DNA of 64,000 bases from an archaeon (GTDB lineage Archaea > Thermoproteota > Nitrososphaeria > Conexivisphaerales > UBA164). The DNA is taken from the NCBI GenBank assembly GCA_021792955.1, contig JAJYTP010000004.1, positions 13,951 to 77,950 on the forward strand. Direction: 5' to 3'. The notes beneath the pieces are model-generated. The model had not been told where the DNA came from. It worked only from the letters and a program-made list of their open reading frames with translations, and searched no databases. The position numbers and the translations under genes were made by a program. Below, piece by piece: positions 58,994 to 64,000 of this stretch (the first letter of the stretch is position 1; each line of letters opens with the position of its first letter).

Positions 58994-61242
58994 TTGGACT
59001 TCACCCCCTCGAACTGTTTTTTCATCCGATCCATCAATTGGGTGTAATCGCCCTCAACTGAATCATTGGTGAATTTATTTTTGGCGTACATAAGATCCCC
59101 CATCACCGGAAGCCCCCTTATGTCCTCTATACGGGCGCCGGCTTCTATTTTCTTCCTGGCCATCGAATAGAACTCCACGATGGCTGAAAGTATATAGTAC
59201 TGGACCTTCGGCGAACTGAACCTGTCCACCTTATCATAGGCGCTTTGCTGGAGATAGCCCTGCCTGATGACCCTGGCCATATCAAGCACCAGCTTCTCAT
59301 CGTTGGGCAGCATCTCCGACCCCAGGAGCCTGACTATATCCTTGAGCGCGTTCTCCTTCTGTAACAGCGCATAGGCTTCATCCCTAATGCGGCTGAAGTT
59401 TTCGTTTACGTTGGCAGCCAGCCACTCGGACAGGTCCTGAGTATAGCCTGAATAGCTGGATATCCAGTTGACGGCCGGATAGTGCCTGGAGTAGGCCAGA
59501 TCCGGATCCAGCAGCAGAAACGCCTTGACGAACCTGAGCGTATTTGATGTCACCGGTTCAGTAAAGTCGCCGCCCTGGGGGGACACTGCGCCCATTATGG
59601 TCAGGCTTCCATTTCTGGGCTGCGAGCCAGACGTCTTAACGTTCCCAGCCCTTTCATAGAACGCGGCCAGCCTGGACGCCAGATAGGATGGGTATCCCTC
59701 CTCAGCCGGCATCTCCTCCAACCTGCCGCTTATCTCCCTAAGGGCCTCCGCCCACCTGCTAGTGGAATCAGCAAGAAGCAGCGTATCATAGCCCATATCT
59801 CTGAAATATTCAGCGATCGTAGTGCCCGCGTAGATGCTCGCCTGTCTGGCCATCACCGGCATATTGCTGATGTTGGCTATGAGGACCGTCTTTTCCATAA
59901 GCGGCCGATCGCTGTACGGGTCCTTAAGGTTTGGGAACGTCATCAGTATGTCGGTCATTTCGTTGCCCCTTTCCCCGCACCCTACATATATCACCATGGA
60001 GGATTTGGCCCATGAGGCGATCTGATGTAATAGCACGGTATTGTGATAAATGGTTGGCGCTTCCCCCCCAAGGAAGTTCTGCGCCCCGGGGACCACCAGA
60101 TCATATACATCGTACGTGCCGTTCAGCACCCTTACGTCTGTAACCTTATCATGGCCAAGCTTTGATGCGCTGGGAGAGCTGAACCGCCTTGCCAGCGGCT
60201 CAACCAGCAGGTCCCCCGGCCTTATGAGCGCTGCTGGCCTTGTGGTTATGCCTCCGTTGGTTGGGTATAAGTATATACCGTGGTTGGGCGTTACCACCAG
60301 ACGCCTTCCCTGTGCGGTGTTAATTTCAACCATGAACCGGCTTTCCCCCTTATAGATCAGAGGCGAATTCTCATCAGAAAATCCTGTACCTACAAATGAG
60401 CTGACCGTCCCATCTATCCTTCTATATAGCCCGTCCTGAAGCGCCCTTATGGCCCCCCCGCGCCGCCAGACCTCCCCGATCTCCTTCAGTTCGCCGTTAA
60501 GGAGGATCCTGGTCTCCGGCAGCACGCACTTACCGGTGCCAAATCCGCCTGGGACCGCGGCCGTGCCGCCCTTGGCCAATGGGAAGAACGTATCGATGAC
60601 CCTCTGCCCCACTACGAGGAGCTCCTTTGTCTCCATCTTTTCCTTGAACGGGCGTGGGGTCCAAACCGGCCATTCCTGATAAAGGTGCAGCGGCGTGCGT
60701 ACGCCGTCCATTTCGACCGTGGCAATTTCGTCCTTGAGTGTGTATTCGCCTTCCTTGGTAAGGTCGGTGAGGCGTCCCCTTACGTTAGGCGGAACCATAA
60801 TGTAATGACGCACCAGCTGGGTTTCGTCGACATAGCCAAGCACGTCGTCGCCCATAACATCGCCCAGCTTTGCCGTTGGCATGAACTTCCACTTTGCCTT
60901 CTTGTCCAGCCTCGTTACGCTGACGCCGCGAGGGATGAACGACCCGGCGACCTTCGAGATCGTGGGCAAGGGCCTTTGCATGCCGTCATAGATCTGGCCC
61001 ACCATCCCTGGACCCAACTCAACTGATAGCGGCGACCCCATGCCGATCACCGGCTCCCCGGGCTTGATATCGGTGGTAAATTCATAGACCTGTATGTACG
61101 CATTGTCCCCTTCGATCCTGATCGCTTCCCCTATCAACCCCAGCTCCCCCACCTTGACCACTTCATTCATCTTGATCCCAGTCATTCCCGTGGCCTTGAC
61201 GACTGAGCTCTTAACATCTGTTATCCTTCCTTTTATGGTCAT
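58990..61242 (-). CDS. atpA: A-type ATP synthase subunit A (intein-containing)
   Basis: GGFGTGK/T P-loop, [20 protein letters not shown] and EEGYPSYL motifs. Confidence 0.96.
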   Translation of the reverse strand: MTIKGRITDVKSSVVKATGMTGIKMNEVVKVGELGLIGEAIRIEGDNAYIQVYEFTTDIKPGEPVIGMGSPLSVELGPGMVGQIYDGMQRPLPTISKVAGSFIPRGVSVTRLDKKAKWKFMPTAKLGDVMGDDVLGYVDETQLVRHYIMVPPNVRGRLTDLTKEGEYTLKDEIATVEMDGVRTPLHLYQEWPVWTPRPFKEKMETKELLVVGQRVIDTFFPLAKGGTAAVPGGFGTGKCVLPETRILLNGELKEIGEVWRRGGAIRALQDGLYRRIDGTVSSFVGTGFSDENSPLIYKGESRFMVEINTAQGRRLVVTPNHGIYLYPTNGGITTRPAALIRPGDLLVEPLARRFSSPSASKLGHDKVTDVRVLNGTYDVYDLVVPGAQNFLGGEAPTIYHNTVLLHQIASWAKSSMVIYVGCGERGNEMTDILMTFPNLKDPYSDRPLMEKTVLIANISNMPVMARQASIYAGTTIAEYFRDMGYDTLLLADSTSRWAEALREISGRLEEMPAEEGYPSYLASRLAAFYERAGNVKTSGSQPRNGSLTIMGAVSPQGGDFTEPVTSNTLRFVKAFLLLDPDLAYSRHYPAVNWISSYSGYTQDLSEWLAANVNENFSRIRDEAYALLQKENALKDIVRLLGSEMLPNDEKLVLDMARVIRQGYLQQSAYDKVDRFSSPKVQYYILSAIVEFYSMARKKIEAGARIEDIRGLPVMGDLMYAKNKFTNDSVEGDYTQLMDRMKKQFEGVKSN
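60040..60528 (-). other. mini-intein (163 aa) in atpA
   Basis: GK|CVLPET...VTPNH...VYDLVV...IYHN|T; splits the P-loop between K and T; no LAGLIDADG domain. Confidence 0.93.
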
Positions 61243-61244
61243 TT

Positions 61245-61805
61245 TCAGATCACCCTGGAAAAATAGTTATCCACTATGGCCCTCTTTAGGGACTGTTTCC
61301 TGCTGGCCACATACTCGTTCAGTGAGTAATCTATGCTAATATTGCCATCCTTATCCTCTATTATGAACCCCCTGTCGAAGTCCGCCTCCGCCAGCTTCAT
61401 CTTGCCCCCCAGCGAACCCAGCAGCGCCCTGTCCTCCCTCCCAGCCTTCAAAATGTAGTTGCCCTTGTAATTCTTGATAGCGTCCTTGGCAAGGGCGAGG
61501 ATGAACCTCCCATACGTTTCGCCATCGCTCGTCAACATTTCACTTACAGCGTCCGATATCAACGATTCGAGGTCGGCATCCAGCAGCGATAGTATACGCG
61601 ATCTGCCCCTGATCTCGGCATCTGACATCTGGCTCTCCCTGAACCGCCGTTTATCTGCATCAATCCTTTCCCTGATCAGGGCCGCCTCCTCCTTGGCCTT
61701 TACCATTTCACCTTCCAGTATGTCAATGGACCCCCTGTAAGCCTGTTCCATGTTCGATAGGGCCTCCAGCCTCTCCTTTTCAATGACGCCTATAATTGAG
61801 CTCAA
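61245..61805 (-). CDS. atpE: A-type ATP synthase subunit E
   Basis: N-terminal coil, GFII...G.I.IDYS motif, operon position before atpA. Confidence 0.82.
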   Translation of the reverse strand: MSSIIGVIEKERLEALSNMEQAYRGSIDILEGEMVKAKEEAALIRERIDADKRRFRESQMSDAEIRGRSRILSLLDADLESLISDAVSEMLTSDGETYGRFILALAKDAIKNYKGNYILKAGREDRALLGSLGGKMKLAEADFDRGFIIEDKDGNISIDYSLNEYVASRKQSLKRAIVDNYFSRVI

Positions 61806-62116
61806 ACGGCCTGCGCCTCCGTCACCAAGTTTACAAGCTCCTTCCTATAGCCCTCACTGGTCCCTCTGGGCTGGAACGGGGGATCAACCATGTATATTAT
61901 GGGGAGATGGTTCTTGAGCCTGATCTTAGTCAATTCGGCGCGCATGTCTCTAACAAGGTCACTCTGGATCAATATCAATCCTATATCGCCATTGGCGGGC
62001 AGTATTTTTCCCAGCGCTTCCATCACCGTGTATGGTGGGATAACAGTGTACACCTCGCATCCTATAGATTTAAAAATTGTAGTAAACATCTCCGACCCAA
62101 CGGCGAACACTTTCAT
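61802..62116 (-). CDS. atpF: A-type ATP synthase subunit F
   Basis: MKVFAVG...F..IG, DIGLILI and PII motifs; size and operon position. Confidence 0.8.
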   Translation of the reverse strand: MKVFAVGSEMFTTIFKSIGCEVYTVIPPYTVMEALGKILPANGDIGLILIQSDLVRDMRAELTKIRLKNHLPIIYMVDPPFQPRGTSEGYRKELVNLVTEAQAV

Positions 62117-62204
62117 TTGATTGGGTTCTACTGAAATTATATTTAAATCTATTTGTGGTCCTGGTGTAAATTTATCCGAAATATTTTTTCAAAAAAAGGG
62201 GGTT

Positions 62205-63509
62205 TTAAGGCCATATACCCCTGATGGTCATGACGTCGGAGACCCTTTTTATGGCCAGCATATCTGCGGCGGTCCTCATGTCAACCTTATGGCTCTGATG
62301 CATCTCATATACGTCATTGAAGGACTTGACCATCTTTTCTGCCAACCTTGAATTTACCTCCTCCTCCGTCCACTGAAGCCTCTGGAGGCCCTGGACCCAT
62401 TCAAAGTAGCTGACCGTCACGCCTCCCGCATTGGCGAGTATGTCCGGCACCAGTAGGACACCTCTTTCGTGTAATATCTTGTCCGCTTCTGGAGTGGTCG
62501 GGCCGTTTGCGCCTTCCGATATTATTTTAGCCCTGACCTTTTCAGCGTTTCTTTCTGTTATCACCCCTTCAAGCGCCGCTGGGACCAGAACATCCGCATC
62601 GGCAGTTAGTATATCGTCATTTGATATTTTTTCAGCGCCAGCAAGCGACGTTACCGTGCCGCTTCTCTCCTTCTCCTTCATCACCCTGTCAACATCCAGT
62701 CCTTCCCTCGAATATATGCCGCCCTTTGAATCGCTTACGCCAACTATCTTCATTCCGTACTCCTTCCGAAGGATCAGCGCTGCATTTGAGCCTACATTGC
62801 CAAATCCCTGTATGGCCACACGCGCATCCTTCAATTTTATATTCAATTTCTTGGCCGCCTCCGCCGCAACTATGGCAACCCCTCTGGAAGTGGAGTCTGA
62901 TCTGCCCAAGCTGCCGCCTATCTCCAGCGGCTTGCCGGTTATCACGGCGGGTTCTGGATGGCCGTTAAGTATTGAATAGACATCCATTATCCAGGCCATA
63001 TTCTTTGGGCCTGTATACACATCAGGCGCCGGTATGTCCTTATATGGGCCTATTATGTCCGATATGGCGTAGGCATATCTCCTTGTAAGCGATTCGATTT
63101 CAGCATTGGACATGGACTTTGGGTCGCAGACTATGCCGCCCTTAGCGCCACCGTATGGAAGGTCTAATACCGCAGTTTTCCATGTCATCCACATGGACAG
63201 GGCCTTTACTTCATTGATCGATACCTGCGGATGGAATCGTATGCCCCCCTTATATGGACCCCTGGCGTTGTTGTGCTGAACCCTGTAGCCGTGAAAGACC
63301 TTGATCTTACCGTTATCCATCTTGACCGGCAGTTCGACGTGAACCTCCCTGTTTGGGACCGATAACATTTCATATATTTCGTTGCTTACACCCAGTGCGT
63401 CAATGCCCTTCTTTAACTGTGTAAGGGCTACTTCCCAAGGATCTTCCTGCCCGTTAGCGTTCCTCTTCGATGCAGAGGAAGCTTCAGAAGAATTGGCTCT
63501 TAAACTCAT
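62205..63509 (-). CDS. gdhA: glutamate dehydrogenase
   Basis: GPYKGGIRF, GGAKGG, DIPAPD, QGFGNVG, EGANGP and NAGGV motifs. Confidence 0.95.
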   Translation of the reverse strand: MSLRANSSEASSASKRNANGQEDPWEVALTQLKKGIDALGVSNEIYEMLSVPNREVHVELPVKMDNGKIKVFHGYRVQHNNARGPYKGGIRFHPQVSINEVKALSMWMTWKTAVLDLPYGGAKGGIVCDPKSMSNAEIESLTRRYAYAISDIIGPYKDIPAPDVYTGPKNMAWIMDVYSILNGHPEPAVITGKPLEIGGSLGRSDSTSRGVAIVAAEAAKKLNIKLKDARVAIQGFGNVGSNAALILRKEYGMKIVGVSDSKGGIYSREGLDVDRVMKEKERSGTVTSLAGAEKISNDDILTADADVLVPAALEGVITERNAEKVRAKIISEGANGPTTPEADKILHERGVLLVPDILANAGGVTVSYFEWVQGLQRLQWTEEEVNSRLAEKMVKSFNDVYEMHQSHKVDMRTAADMLAIKRVSDVMTIRGIWP

Positions 63510-63790
63510 ATTTTATTACCTTATACCGCCGTGTCTCAGAACTCTATATAAAGCTTTAGTGGTATTACCTTAAGATAATAGAATATAATTATATCATAAT
63601 ATTAAAAAAATCTGAGTTATTTTTCATTATTAAGCGATAAAGGCCTTGGGGGTTGCGTTTTTAACAAAAAATGCTACAACAGTATAATACGCAATCCGCC
63701 GTACAACTGCATAATCTAGGCGTAGGCATCATTATCAGGCCACTAAAAGTTTATTAATCCAAGTTCTCCCTTTTAGGCGCGGCGATTGAT

Positions 63791-63880
63791 ATGTCCGAAA
63801 GTGATGAAGAGGAAGACTGGGAAGAGGAAGACTGGGAAGAGGACGATTCCGGGGAAGAGGACTGGGAAGAGGAAAGTTGA
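63791..63880 (+). CDS. 29-aa acidic Trp-containing microprotein
   Basis: ATG..TGA frame MSESDEEEDWEEEDWEEDDSGEEDWEEES; TTTATTAA box about 35-40 nt upstream. Confidence 0.55.
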   Translation: MSESDEEEDWEEEDWEEDDSGEEDWEEES

Positions 63881-64000
63881 CAGTTTCTACAGAGGATATC
63901 AAGCTGAAATGCCATTAATACGGTTCGGTCAACCCTTATGATTGAGAACATAGGCCTTTAAGGATCGTCACGCGCTGATAGCGCTATGGAGCCCCGGATC

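Noticed and set aside
1717-63573. Numerous 60-180 aa ORFs nested within or antisense to assigned genes
   Set aside because: Shadow frames of well-supported CDS with no independent motifs
63754-63951. Ser-rich 65-aa minus-strand ORF
   Set aside because: Best explained as the antisense shadow of the acidic plus-strand peptide

Overview
Gene-dense core-genome segment of an archaeon, most plausibly a TACK lineage such as a basal, non-ammonia-oxidising Nitrososphaerota/Conexivisphaerales-like organism. This taxonomy is inferred from the archaeal histone, RPA, Tes, short L15e, Ala1-type proteasome beta and AGOG genes. About 55 CDS are present: korAB, argS, metG, tgtA, glnA, gdhA, tetraether synthase, an Opp/Dpp ABC operon, a three-subunit xanthine-dehydrogenase-family cluster, a MacB-type ABC cluster, and an A-type ATP synthase operon (F-E-A-B-D-x-K) whose A subunit carries a 163-aa mini-intein. 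I found no rRNA, tRNA or CRISPR array. The most notable signals are: (1) the XDH-family cluster is divergent from a YgeW/AOTCase-like carbamoyltransferase, and its promoter shares an exact 13-bp element with the glnA promoter, suggesting a nitrogen-regulated purine/ureide catabolic module; (2) the peptide ABC operon has heavily inserted ATPases and two co-transcribed coiled-coil orphans; (3) there are unannotated small ORFs, a multiply broken AAA ATPase pseudogene with tandem operator-like repeats, decayed IS200/605 tnpB remnants, several apparent pseudo-enzymes, and candidate structured RNAs. All family calls come from motif recognition by eye, not from database searches.
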